Assembly: GCA_963786935.1 (NCBI GenBank)
Contig: CAWBAN010000001.1
Coordinates: 1,312,001-1,376,000 of the forward strand
Reading direction: 5' to 3'
DNA: 64,000 nt
From: an uncultured bacterium
GTDB taxonomy: Bacteria; Krumholzibacteriota; Krumholzibacteriia; Krumholzibacteriales; Krumholzibacteriaceae
Position 1 is the first letter of the stretch; every line of letters begins with the position of its first letter. A program made the position numbers and the translations under genes. The notes below the pieces were generated by a model, which saw only the letters and a program-made list of their open reading frames with translations, made no database searches and was not told the DNA's origin. Below, in pieces: positions 9,757 to 19,159 of this stretch.

Positions 9757-10638
9757 TCAGGATTCGCGCGAAAGGAAAACGGTGACGAGCTGCAGCATCG
9801 TCACGAGATCGAGCCGGTTGTGGTGAATGACGTTCGCCATGTCCTTGGCGTCGCGCGTCCGCACGAAGTCGTGGTACGCCTGCGGGATCTCGGCGCCCGG
9901 TATGTCGCCCACCCGCTTCCGTCCGCAGAAGTGCGCCTCGAGCGTCTGAAGCCGGTGATTCGGCGTCCGGTCCTTGACGACGGCGCGCGCGACGAGAAGG
10001 AGATCGATATGCGTCGGGGGCGCGGCGAGGGCGAGCCGGTGGACGGTGACCCGCTCCTGGATGTACGGCATGTCGAACGAGATCCCGTTGAACGTGACGA
10101 GCACGTCGAATCGCGGGAGCAGCTCCGCGAGAAATCCGAGCACCGTCTCCTCCTCGGAATAGTCGCGCGCGAAGAGCTGATCGACGACGAGGCGGGCCCC
10201 CGACTCGCGGGCGGACGTGTACATGAGCCCGACGAGGAAGAGCGGAGACATGCGGAGCCCGGTCGTTTCGATATCGAGGTAGCAGATCCGCTCGGGGCGC
10301 GCGGCCTTGAGGGGTGCGAGCGCCGCGAAGCCGCCCCCCTCGGGGAAGAACGGATTCCCGAGCGTCTCGAGATATTCGCGATGAAAGGCGTCCGCGTCCG
10401 GCCACACGTTTTCGGCGCCGGTGAGCACCCGGTAGAAGGCGCCTCCGCCGAAGGGCGTCACCTCTCCCGGGACGGCTTCGAACAGATCCACGGGATCGGC
10501 GGTCCTTCCCGTGCCGGCAAAGCCCCGGGGGCCCGATCGCCCGGAGAGCCCCGCGACGCGGTGCCGGCTGAAGGCCCCCTCGGCCTTCCTTTTCAGCTCA
10601 TCGAGCTCCCGCTTGATATCGATATGACGATCTGCCAT
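9757..10638 (-). CDS. YprB/MrfB-like RNase H-fold (DEDD) exonuclease
   Basis: YLDIETTGL, TFNGISFD, HIDLL, HNRLDL. Start reassigned to ATG (MADRHID) at 10638. Directly upstream of the YprA-like helicase. Confidence 0.88.
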   Translation of the reverse strand: MADRHIDIKRELDELKRKAEGAFSRHRVAGLSGRSGPRGFAGTGRTADPVDLFEAVPGEVTPFGGGAFYRVLTGAENVWPDADAFHREYLETLGNPFFPEGGGFAALAPLKAARPERICYLDIETTGLRMSPLFLVGLMYTSARESGARLVVDQLFARDYSEEETVLGFLAELLPRFDVLVTFNGISFDMPYIQERVTVHRLALAAPPTHIDLLLVARAVVKDRTPNHRLQTLEAHFCGRKRVGDIPGAEIPQAYHDFVRTRDAKDMANVIHHNRLDLVTMLQLVTVFLSRES

Positions 10639-10742
10639 GCAGCTATTACTGGCACAACCCGGCCAAAATAGCAATATTTGTGAAACGGGCCGTCCTGCGG
10701 CCCGTTTCTTGCAAAAATCTTTCAGGGGCGGCACGCTTTCTC

Positions 10743-10772
10743 TTGACGCGGTTCGGGGCTTTGAGCTATTTT
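10743..10772 (+). promoter_or_regulatory. Possible sigma70-type promoter for the M23 peptidase gene
   Basis: TTGACG-N18-TATTTT, 21 bp upstream of ATG 10794 in an AT-rich divergent intergenic region. Confidence 0.35.
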
Positions 10773-10793
10773 TCGGCAAATTACGGTAACGCT

Positions 10794-12122
10794 ATGGAAA
10801 ATGATAAATTAAAATCCATCGTGCTCGCGACCGGGACGATCATTCTGCTCTTCCTCGTGGTGACGAATCCAGGGATGCAGAAGGACGCGATCTGGCGCGC
10901 CGCCTCGTCGAGCGGAGATTCCGCCGTCGCCGTCGCCGCCGCCCGCACGCCGAATTTCGCGGGAATCGTGAGCCGCAACATGTCATTCTTCGACCTCATG
11001 ACCAAGTGCGGGCTGGATGCGCCTTCGATCAAGCTCATCGAGAAGGCGGCCCGCAACGTCTACGATTTCAGAAGGATCTATCCGGGCCAGAAGTACGAGG
11101 TGTACGCCGCCGAGGACGGGAGCATCGAGAGCATGCAGTTCTCCGTCGGGGACACGTCGTACATCGACATCAGCATCAAGGACGGCGACATATCGGCCGA
11201 GCGGAAGGCGTACGAGTTCAGCACGCATCTGCGGACCGCATCGGCGACGATCACGAACAGCCTCTACGTCGCGTGTCAGGAGCAGGACATCCCGCTCGAG
11301 ATATTCGGTCAGCTTGCGGACAACATCTTCGGATGGGACATCGATTTCCACCACGACATACAGAAGGGCGACTATTTCAAGATCATCTATGAGGAGCGCA
11401 CCCGGTTCGACGGCCTCAAGAAGATGGGGCGCATCCTCGCGGCCGAGTTCTATACGGGCGGACGGGCCCACTACGGCTTCCTGTTCAAGAACGAGAACGG
11501 AAGACCGGACTACTACGACGAGAACGGAAAATCGCTGCGGAAGGCGCTCCTGAGGGCGCCCCTTCCCTTCGGAGCCCGAATCAGCTCGAACTTCAATCCC
11601 CGCCGCTGGCACCCGGTGCTGCACCACTATGCGCCGCACCTGGGGGTCGATTACGCGGCGCCCGTCGGCACGCCCGTCATGGCGACCGGAGATGCCAGCG
11701 TTCTCGAGACGGGGCACAACAGCGCGAACGGCAGGTACATCAAGCTGCGCCACCCGAACAGTTACGTCACCTACTACCTTCACCTCTCCCGCTTCGCGAA
11801 GGGAGTCCATCCGGGCGCGAGCGTGCGGCAGGGACAGACGATCGGGTACGTCGGCAGCTCGGGGTACTCGACGGGCCCCCACCTCGACTACCGCGTCAAG
11901 AAGGGGAACACCTTCGTCAATCCGCGGAAGATCTCGCTTCCGCCGGCCGCGCCGGTGACGAACACCAACATGGCCGCGTTCATCGACGTGCGCGACCGGC
12001 ACCTCGCCCGCCTCGCGAGCGTTCGCGTCGACGACGGCGCGGCGAACGTGGCGTCCTCGGCCCCCGCCGGAGACGAAAAGGCCCCCGCGCGCGGCGAATC
12101 CGCTTCTTCCGTCTCGCACTAG
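10794..12122 (+). CDS. M23 family peptidoglycan DD-metalloendopeptidase (MepM-like)
   Basis: N-terminal TM, HLGVDYAAP (HxxxD), YLHLS and TGPHLDY motifs. Confidence 0.92.
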   Translation: MENDKLKSIVLATGTIILLFLVVTNPGMQKDAIWRAASSSGDSAVAVAAARTPNFAGIVSRNMSFFDLMTKCGLDAPSIKLIEKAARNVYDFRRIYPGQKYEVYAAEDGSIESMQFSVGDTSYIDISIKDGDISAERKAYEFSTHLRTASATITNSLYVACQEQDIPLEIFGQLADNIFGWDIDFHHDIQKGDYFKIIYEERTRFDGLKKMGRILAAEFYTGGRAHYGFLFKNENGRPDYYDENGKSLRKALLRAPLPFGARISSNFNPRRWHPVLHHYAPHLGVDYAAPVGTPVMATGDASVLETGHNSANGRYIKLRHPNSYVTYYLHLSRFAKGVHPGASVRQGQTIGYVGSSGYSTGPHLDYRVKKGNTFVNPRKISLPPAAPVTNTNMAAFIDVRDRHLARLASVRVDDGAANVASSAPAGDEKAPARGESASSVSH

Positions 12123-12126
12123 AGCG

Positions 12127-12696
12127 ATGATCGCGAAAAAGGCAATCCTCGTTCATGCATGCTGCGCTTCGTGCTCGAGCTACGTTCTCGAGCATCTCGC
12201 CGAAACGCACGAGGTCACGGCGTTCTTTTTCAATCCGAACATCCATCCCGACACCGAGCACGAGCTCCGTCTCGCCGAGATGCGATCCGTCTGCGCCGGG
12301 CTCGGAATTCCGCTCGTCGCGGGTGACTATCCGGCGGAGCGCTGGCGGAGCGCCGTCGATCCGTTCCGGGACCTGCCCGAGAGGAGCGAGCGCTGCTGGA
12401 CCTGCTACCGGTTCAGGATCGAGGAGACGGCGAAAAAAGCCGCGGAGCTCGGCATCCCGCTCTTCACGACGACCCTCTCGGTGAGCCCGCACAAGTCGCA
12501 CGAGCGAATCGCCGCGATCGGCCGGGAGGCCGCGGCGATGCACGGCGTGGAGTTTCTCGCCGAGGATTTCAAGAAGAAGGACGGCTTCAAGATCAGCGTC
12601 GCGCGGAGCCGCGAGCGGGGCCTCACGCGGCAGGACTACTGCGGTTGTCTCATGAGTCTCGAAGAGGCCCGCCGGCGGAGCGCGGAGCGTTCGTAA
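12127..12696 (+). CDS. queH: Epoxyqueuosine reductase QueH
   Basis: LVHACCASC, FFNPNIHP, RCWTCY, TTLSVSPHK, RQDYCGC. Confidence 0.92.
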   Translation: MIAKKAILVHACCASCSSYVLEHLAETHEVTAFFFNPNIHPDTEHELRLAEMRSVCAGLGIPLVAGDYPAERWRSAVDPFRDLPERSERCWTCYRFRIEETAKKAAELGIPLFTTTLSVSPHKSHERIAAIGREAAAMHGVEFLAEDFKKKDGFKISVARSRERGLTRQDYCGCLMSLEEARRRSAERS

Positions 12697-12753
12697 CGGG
12701 CTCTCTTCGCGTTCGCCGCGGATGACGCCGATATCGACGCGTTTGCAGGCGGT

Positions 12754-13806
12754 CTATCTTTTCCCCATCAGAATGAGCCGCTTGTCGGACGGCGATTCCA
12801 CCTCTCCGATGACGGCGGCCTCCCGCACTCCTCTTTTCCGCAGCGCGGCGAGATAGCGCGCCGCGCTCCGGCGCGGCATCGAGACGAGGAGCCCGCCCGA
12901 GGTCTGGGGGTCGCAGAGGAGCATCGCGAGCGCCGGAGAGATCTTCCCCTCTGAGATGAGGTCATCCTTCACATACTCGTGGTTCGCCATGCCGCCTCCC
13001 GTGAGAAATCCGCGCCTCGAGAGGTCGAGCGCTCCCGGGAGCAGCGGAATCGCGCGGGTATCGATGCGAAGGCTCACGCCGGAGGCGCGGGCCAGCTCGA
13101 GGGCGTGGCCGAGCAGGCCGAATCCCGTGATGTCGGTGCACGCGCGCGCGCCGAAGCGCTGGAGTCCCTCGGCGGCGTCGCGGTTGAGCGCGGCCATGAC
13201 GCGATAGAAGAGCTTTTCGCGGCGCGGCGAGAGGGCGCCGTTCTTGAGCGCCGTCGAATAGATCCCCGTCCCGATCGGCTTCGTCAGGACGAGAACGTCT
13301 CCGTTTTCGGCCCCTTCCTTGCGCAGCACGCGGTCCGGGCGGATGAGCCCGACGACGGAGAGCCCGTACATGAGCTCCGCCCCCCTGATCGTGTGCCCGC
13401 CGACGATGACCGCTCCGGCTTCGTTCACCTTCGCCGCGCCCCCCCGCAGGAGCTCGCCGAGCGCCTCGAGCGGCATGTCTCCCTTCGGAAACACGACGAT
13501 GTTGAGCGCGGTGATCGGCCTCGCCCCCATCGCGTAGACGTCGCTGAGGGCGTTCGCCGCGGCGACCTGCCCGAAAACGTACGGATCGTCCACGATCGCC
13601 GGGAAGAAATCGACGGTGAGCACGAGCGCCGTCTCGTCGTTCACGCGCACGACGGCGCTGTCATCCGCCTGATTGCATCCGACGATCACATCGGGATGAC
13701 ACTGCGGGGGCAGATTTTCGAGCACCGGCCACAACTCCGTTGGGCTGAGCTTCGCCGCTCAACCGGCGCAGGACGCCATGGCGGTCAGGCGCAGCTTTCT
13801 TTTCAT
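12754..13806 (-). CDS. selD: Selenide, water dikinase (selenophosphate synthetase), Sec-containing; UGA at 13759-13761
   Basis: ATG 13806: MKRKLRLTAMASCAG-TGA-AAKLSPTELWPVL, in frame with the ORF-track protein. Motifs TVDFF, ANALSDVYAMG, GGHT, DITGFGLLGH, DPQTSGGLL. Confidence 0.95.
13728..13745 (-). promoter_or_regulatory. Putative bacterial SECIS hairpin of selD
   Basis: GCCCAAC-GGA-GUUG(U)GGC. The G-initiated apical loop starts 20 nt after the UGA. Confidence 0.6.
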
Positions 13807-13858
13807 CTCCCCGTTTCTCCCGGTAAAGGCCCCATTGCCGGCGGCCGGGCCGCCCCTC

Positions 13859-14035
13859 TCACGAGCCGATCTCGCGTATCGCGCCGACCGGACAAATCGC
13901 GGCGCAGGCGCCGCATGACGTGCAGAGCGCGGCGTCGATGCGGTAGATGTCGTCCCCCTCGGATATGACCTCGACGGGACATTCGCTCTGGCACGCGCCG
14001 CAGCAGATGCACTCGGTCGTTATTTCGTACGCCAC
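13859..14035 (-). CDS. 2[4Fe-4S] ferredoxin
   Basis: GTG start after GGAGGA. CICCGACQSECP and CTSCGACAAICP. Confidence 0.93.
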   Translation of the reverse strand: MAYEITTECICCGACQSECPVEVISEGDDIYRIDAALCTSCGACAAICPVGAIREIGS

Positions 14036-14073
14036 GCATCTCCTCCACAAGAAGGCGACTTCGAGACCACCCA

Positions 14074-14102
14074 TTCATAGCCCGGGTGCCAAAACACGTC
14101 AA
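14074..14102 (-). promoter_or_regulatory. Possible sigma70-type promoter for ferredoxin-selD
   Basis: TTGACG-N17-TATGAA upstream of the ferredoxin RBS. Confidence 0.4.
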
Positions 14103-14126
14103 CGGCAAATATCGGCTGCCCCGCGG

Positions 14127-16970
14127 CTATTTTCCCCGCGGCGTCTCCGGCCCGGACTGCTTGCCCTGCGCCGCTTCCGGCACGAGATTGAGCATGCTCG
14201 CGCGGTCCCACGCCAGGTTCGTTTCGACGGCCTCGCGCACGCCTTCGACCGGCGCGGCGCCGATGAGCTCTTTCATCGACTGATACGGGAGAACGCCGCC
14301 CAGCAGAAGGTCGAATCCGAGCGCGTACGCCGCGTTGATGCTCGAAAGCTCGCTGCGGCCGCGTTTGCCGAGGAGACGGTTCTTCGCGATCTCGACTTCC
14401 GTCCGATCCGGCGGGCGCTCGGCGAGCCCCCTGATCTCGCGTTCGAGCGACGAGCGGGCTTCTTCGATGCGCGGCGCGCCGGTGCCGAGGTAGGCGATCA
14501 CGACCGCTCCGCCCGGGTACGGCGTCACGCCGCATTCGATCGAGTAGGAGAGCCCTTGCTTCTCCCGCAATTCGAGCTGCATGCGCCTCGACAGCGCCTC
14601 CCCGGCGACCATGAGCGAGGCGAGACGGGACGGCGACGATGTCCGGACGAGCCATCCGGCCGCGATGTAGGCGCCCTCCTTGCGAATCGTCTTCTCGATG
14701 GAGCCTCCGGGCGGCGGTTCCGGGAGCGGCGGGCACTCGACGGCCGCGCCCGCCGGAAATCCCGCGAGAAGGTCCTTCAGCGCCGCGCACCCGTTCGACG
14801 CCGGCTCCGGCGAGACGAGCGTCGCGATGATGTTGCGGCCCGCGAAGAGCCGCTCCCGGAGAGCCGCGAGATCCTCCATCGGCACGCGCATCATCGGCCC
14901 CGGGGAGGGGAACAGAGGCACGGCGAACGGATGGCTCCGGAACAGCGCTTCGATCATCGTCGTCCGCATCGTGTAAACGGGGGATGCCGAGCGCATGCCG
15001 ACCTCGCGGGCGAGCGACTGCTTCGCCGCGTCGAGGTCGTCCGCGGTCGCCTCGGAGCCGAGGAGATACGCGACAAGCAGTCTCGACGCTTCGCGCATCG
15101 TCCGCGCCGGAGCCTCGAGGCGAATGAATGCGAAAGAAGGATTCAAGAGATAGTCGTCCTGCGGCATGTATGGATTGTCGCCGAACTGGATCCGCGCGCC
15201 GAGCGCGTCGAGCTTCTCCGCGAGCGCCTTCCCGCCGGCGGAGTTTTCGAGGAGCGTGACGAGGAGCTCGGCGAGACCGGTCGGCGGCCCGCTCTCGGCG
15301 CAGGCGCGCCCGCGGAACATGAGGTGGAGCGCGGCGACCGGCGAGCCGGGGCGCGACACCGCCGCAATCGTGCAGCCGTTGGACAGGGAATCGATGCAGG
15401 GAAGCGGCCGCTCCGAAGAGCGCGCGGGGAGCCTTTCAGCCTTCGCGCTCTCGACCGCGCGGTTCGATCCTGCATCGGGCGGCGTTCCCATCGAGCGCGG
15501 CATTCCGGCGCTCATCCCTGAAGGGCGCGGCATACCCCCCGGCATCCCCGGCGAACCGGGCATTCCGGGCGGCCCCGGCCTTCCCGGGCCCTCGCCCGGG
15601 CCCGTCTTCTTTTCGATAAAGCACGCGTTGAACTTCAGCGGGCGGAACGCCCTGCCGACGAGCTTCGCGCAGTCTTTCGCGGTCACGAGCGCCGTCGCGT
15701 CGATCTGCGCGAGATATCGGGCCCCGTGAAGCGCGATCGCCTCTCCCCGCGACATGACGTAGAAATGATACATCTCCCGGTCGAACATCTCCGCCGAGAG
15801 AAACGAAACGCGGGCTCTCTCGAACTCCGCCCCCGACGGCGTCCAACTCGCGAGGCTTTCGAGCGCGGCGGGAACCTTCTCGTACGCAGCGCGTCCCGGT
15901 GCCGGCGCTCCTCCGCCGCCGGTCATGCCCTTCTGCGCCGACATGCCCATGGGCATCCCCATTCCGGCGGTCCCCCGTCCCTCCTCCGCCGCGCCGACGT
16001 GAATCCTGAGCGCCGCGAAGCTCCCGTGTATCTCGAGGCCCACCTCGGGCGCCGGGAGCCCGATCTCCGCGAGCTTCTTCGCGAGCGGGGAGCTTTCGCC
16101 CTCGAGCATTCTCGCGACGAGGAGCGCCGCGGGGAAATCGCTCTCGCCGACCGCGGGCAGCGGGACGAGCACATCGAGCCCCGGCTCGCCTCCCGCAACG
16201 GAGTCCACGGCGGTTTCGTTCTCCCATTCGGGACGGGACGCCGCGCCGCAGGCCTTGGCGGCCGATCCGGCCGGGAAGTACCTGTCAACGAGAGCCTCGG
16301 CGGTCCTCTTCTCGAAGCTCCCCATGATGACGATTCTCATGTTGGAGGGCCGGTAGAAGGTCCGGTAGAACAACGTGAGGGCGGAATCGCTCATCGCGCG
16401 AATCGTTTCCGGATAGCCGATGACGGGTTCGGTGAGGGACGTCCCGCGATAGAGCGCCCGATCGACGACCCCCTCGAGAGAGGCGCGCGGATCGTCCCGC
16501 TCGCGGCGGATTTCCTCGGCGATCACCTTGCGCTCCTTCTCGATCTCTTCCGGAAGGAACGTCGAATGGAGCAGCATCTGAGAGAGGATATCGACTCCCG
16601 TTTCGAAATGAACGGACGGCACGAGGAGAAAGAAGACGGTCGTCTCCGTGCGCGTGAAGGCGTTGAGAAAACCGCCGACGTCGTCCACCCAGCCGCTGAT
16701 CTCCTCGCGGCTGTAGCGCTCCGATCCGTCGAAGGCGAGATGTTCGATGAAATGCGTCGCTCCCCGCGTATCAGGCGTCTCGCAGACCGAGCCGGCGTTG
16801 ACTGCGACCATGACACAGACGACGTCGCTTCCCTCGCGCCGGTCGAGCAGAATCTCCGGGCCGTTCGGCCGCTTGATCACCTCGATCGAACCGGCGGCCC
16901 GGAGCGACACGGCGCCCATGAGAAGCGCCGCGGCGGCGGCGATTGCGCACCGTACCGGCTTTCCGCGCAT
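14127..16970 (-). CDS. Secreted M16 (pitrilysin/insulinase) family zinc peptidase
   Basis: Start MRGKPVRCAIAAAAALL (signal peptide). Inverted Zn motif HFIEH, NAFT, two M16 halves. Confidence 0.88.
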   Translation of the reverse strand: MRGKPVRCAIAAAAALLMGAVSLRAAGSIEVIKRPNGPEILLDRREGSDVVCVMVAVNAGSVCETPDTRGATHFIEHLAFDGSERYSREEISGWVDDVGGFLNAFTRTETTVFFLLVPSVHFETGVDILSQMLLHSTFLPEEIEKERKVIAEEIRRERDDPRASLEGVVDRALYRGTSLTEPVIGYPETIRAMSDSALTLFYRTFYRPSNMRIVIMGSFEKRTAEALVDRYFPAGSAAKACGAASRPEWENETAVDSVAGGEPGLDVLVPLPAVGESDFPAALLVARMLEGESSPLAKKLAEIGLPAPEVGLEIHGSFAALRIHVGAAEEGRGTAGMGMPMGMSAQKGMTGGGGAPAPGRAAYEKVPAALESLASWTPSGAEFERARVSFLSAEMFDREMYHFYVMSRGEAIALHGARYLAQIDATALVTAKDCAKLVGRAFRPLKFNACFIEKKTGPGEGPGRPGPPGMPGSPGMPGGMPRPSGMSAGMPRSMGTPPDAGSNRAVESAKAERLPARSSERPLPCIDSLSNGCTIAAVSRPGSPVAALHLMFRGRACAESGPPTGLAELLVTLLENSAGGKALAEKLDALGARIQFGDNPYMPQDDYLLNPSFAFIRLEAPARTMREASRLLVAYLLGSEATADDLDAAKQSLAREVGMRSASPVYTMRTTMIEALFRSHPFAVPLFPSPGPMMRVPMEDLAALRERLFAGRNIIATLVSPEPASNGCAALKDLLAGFPAGAAVECPPLPEPPPGGSIEKTIRKEGAYIAAGWLVRTSSPSRLASLMVAGEALSRRMQLELREKQGLSYSIECGVTPYPGGAVVIAYLGTGAPRIEEARSSLEREIRGLAERPPDRTEVEIAKNRLLGKRGRSELSSINAAYALGFDLLLGGVLPYQSMKELIGAAPVEGVREAVETNLAWDRASMLNLVPEAAQGKQSGPETPRGK

Positions 16971-16993
16971 GACGGTCCTCCCTTTCCGGAATG

Positions 16994-18370
16994 CTACTTG
17001 ATGAGATCGATCGCCCGGCCGTGTATCGCTTCCGCGGCTCCGGCGACGGCCTCCGAGAGCGTCGGATGCGGGAAGATCGATTCGGCGAACTGGTCCGCCG
17101 TGAGCCCGCGGTCGAGCGCCACGATGCCGGGGGCGAGCAGCTCGGTCGCGTGCGGGCCGATGATGTGGACGCCGAGGAGCTTCCCGTCCTCCTTGCGCGC
17201 GATCCATTTCACGAAACCGTCCTCCTCGCCGAGCCCCTTCGCCTTGCCGTTCGCGGCGAAGGGGAACCGGCCGGTCGCGACGTCCACGCCCTTCGCCTTC
17301 GCCTCTTCCTCGGTCATCCCGACGCGGGAGATTTCGGGAAGCGTGTAGATCGTCGACGGAATGACGTCGTATCGCATCTCGCGGGAGGCGCCGAGCGCGT
17401 TCTCGGCCGCGACGATCCCCTCGCGCGTCGCGACGTGCGCCAGCAGCGGCCCGCCGACGACGTCCCCCGCGGCGTACACCCCGGGGACGGAGGTCTCCAT
17501 CCTCGCGTTGACCTTGATGCCCCCGCGGTCCGCCTCGATCCCGGCGCCCTCCACGTTCGCGCCCGCGAAGAAGGGACGCCTGCCGACCGAAACGAGCGCC
17601 GCCTCGGCCGCGATCTCGCCGCCGCTCGAAAGGCTCGCGACGACCGAGCCGCCCTCGACCCTCGCCGCCGTCACCTTGATCCCGAGATGGAGATCGATCC
17701 CTTTCTTCCGCATGAGCATCTGAAGCGTCCTCGACACCTGGGCGTCCTCGGTCGCGACGATGCCGGGGAGCATCTCGACGATCGAGACCTTCGATCCGAA
17801 CGCGTTGAATATCGAGGCGAACTCGCACCCGATTACCCCTCCCCCGACGATGAGAAGGCTCGCCGGCACGCGGCCGAGGTCGAGGATGTCGCGGCTCGAG
17901 ATGATGCGCGTCCCGTCGAACGGCATCGGCGGGAGCGAGACCTCCGACGAGCCGGTGGCGACGATGATTTTCGGCGCCGTGACCGGGCCGACGCCCTCGA
18001 CGTCGATCCCGCCGGCGCCCGTGAGGCGCCCCGCGCCGCGCAGCACGTCGATGCGCCGGGCCTTGAGAAGCTTCTCCACGCCCGAAACGAGCTCCTTCAC
18101 GACCCGCGCCTTGTTCGCGAAGAGGCCGGCCGGATCGACCGTGACCGGTCCCCCCGCGATCCCGCGCCCCTTCCCCTCGCGGACGCGCTCGATCAGGTGC
18201 GCGGCGCCCTGCAGCGCTTTCGTCGGAATGCATCCCCAGTTGAGGCAGGTGCCGCCGAGCGATTCCTTCTCGACGAGACACACGCGGGCCCCGAGCTGCG
18301 CGGCGCGGATCGCCGCGGGATATCCGGCGGGGCCGCCGCCGAGCACGATCACGTCGTATTCCCGCGCCAC
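16994..18370 (-). CDS. lpdA: Dihydrolipoyl dehydrogenase
   Basis: GGGPAG, GGTCLNWGCIPTK, GGGVIG, HPTLSE. Confidence 0.95.
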   Translation of the reverse strand: MAREYDVIVLGGGPAGYPAAIRAAQLGARVCLVEKESLGGTCLNWGCIPTKALQGAAHLIERVREGKGRGIAGGPVTVDPAGLFANKARVVKELVSGVEKLLKARRIDVLRGAGRLTGAGGIDVEGVGPVTAPKIIVATGSSEVSLPPMPFDGTRIISSRDILDLGRVPASLLIVGGGVIGCEFASIFNAFGSKVSIVEMLPGIVATEDAQVSRTLQMLMRKKGIDLHLGIKVTAARVEGGSVVASLSSGGEIAAEAALVSVGRRPFFAGANVEGAGIEADRGGIKVNARMETSVPGVYAAGDVVGGPLLAHVATREGIVAAENALGASREMRYDVIPSTIYTLPEISRVGMTEEEAKAKGVDVATGRFPFAANGKAKGLGEEDGFVKWIARKEDGKLLGVHIIGPHATELLAPGIVALDRGLTADQFAESIFPHPTLSEAVAGAAEAIHGRAIDLIK

Positions 18371-18385
18371 GCTCGATCCGCCTCC

Positions 18386-19159
18386 CTAGAAGAACCGCTC
18401 GGCCTTGCTCTTGAGGAGCTTCGCCTGCGACCGGTTGAGCCTCACCTCGGTCTTGTCCGCGTCGTCGAGGGTCATCATGAAATTCCCCCCCGACCACGGA
18501 CCGACGTCGGCGATCTTCCTGATATTGACGAGGTAATCGGCGCCGAGACGGACGAACATCGCCGGATCGACCTGCGTCTCGATCTCGTCGAGGTCGCGGA
18601 AGTTCGTGGCGAACTTCCCCTCATCCGTGTGCGCCGTCACGCGCGAGCCCTCGCGGCGCAGCATCGCGACGCGTTCGACGTCGACCGGCGCGGCCTCCTC
18701 CCCCTTCCTGACGACGATGCGGGGGAGAAAGCTCGTCCCGATGCGGATGCTTTCCGCGAGCGCTTTGAGACGCTTCGCGAATTCCTCGCGGCGCGGCGCG
18801 GCGCGGCGCGCTTTCGCGAGCGCCTCGCCGAGACGCGCGCGGTCGATCGGCTTCAGGAGGTAGTCGAGCGCGTTCACCTCGAACGCCTTGATCGCGTATT
18901 GATCGTATGCGGTCGCGAAGACGATGAGCGGTACCTCGTCCGCCTTGAGCAGCTCGCTCACGACTTGAAAGCCGTTCATCTCGGGCATCTGGATATCGAG
19001 AAACATCGCGTCGGGCCGCTTCTCGCGGGAGAGCGCCACCGCCTCGCGTCCGCCCGCGGCCTCCGCCACGATCTCGACATCCTTCTCCTGCGAGAGGAGA
19101 AACCGCATCTCGTCGCGGGCGAGCTTCTCGTCGTCGACGATGATCACTTTGAAAGACAC
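18386..19159 (-). CDS. LytTR-family response regulator
   Basis: GTG start. IVDDE, FLDIQMP, TAYDQYAIKAFEVNALDYLLKP, C-terminal LytTR-like domain. Confidence 0.9.
   Translation of the reverse strand: MSFKVIIVDDEKLARDEMRFLLSQEKDVEIVAEAAGGREAVALSREKRPDAMFLDIQMPEMNGFQVVSELLKADEVPLIVFATAYDQYAIKAFEVNALDYLLKPIDRARLGEALAKARRAAPRREEFAKRLKALAESIRIGTSFLPRIVVRKGEEAAPVDVERVAMLRREGSRVTAHTDEGKFATNFRDLDEIETQVDPAMFVRLGADYLVNIRKIADVGPWSGGNFMMTLDDADKTEVRLNRSQAKLLKSKAERFF

Noticed and set aside
10650..10665. TGGCAC as a sigma54 -24 element (also on the minus strand near 14090)
   Set aside because: No TTGC at the required -12 spacing.
7510..10671. 1053-aa plus-strand ORF, and similar long ORFs at 16991-19258, 21740-24367, 31029-33620, 37120-39705, 48821-51139 and 54025-57171
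   Set aside because: Antisense shadows of well-supported minus-strand genes in high-GC DNA, with no recognisable motifs.
14127..18497. 1456-aa ORF suggesting a giant M16 peptidase fusion
   Set aside because: The first ~500 residues are an Arg-rich alternative frame over lpdA. The real start is the signal peptide at 16970.
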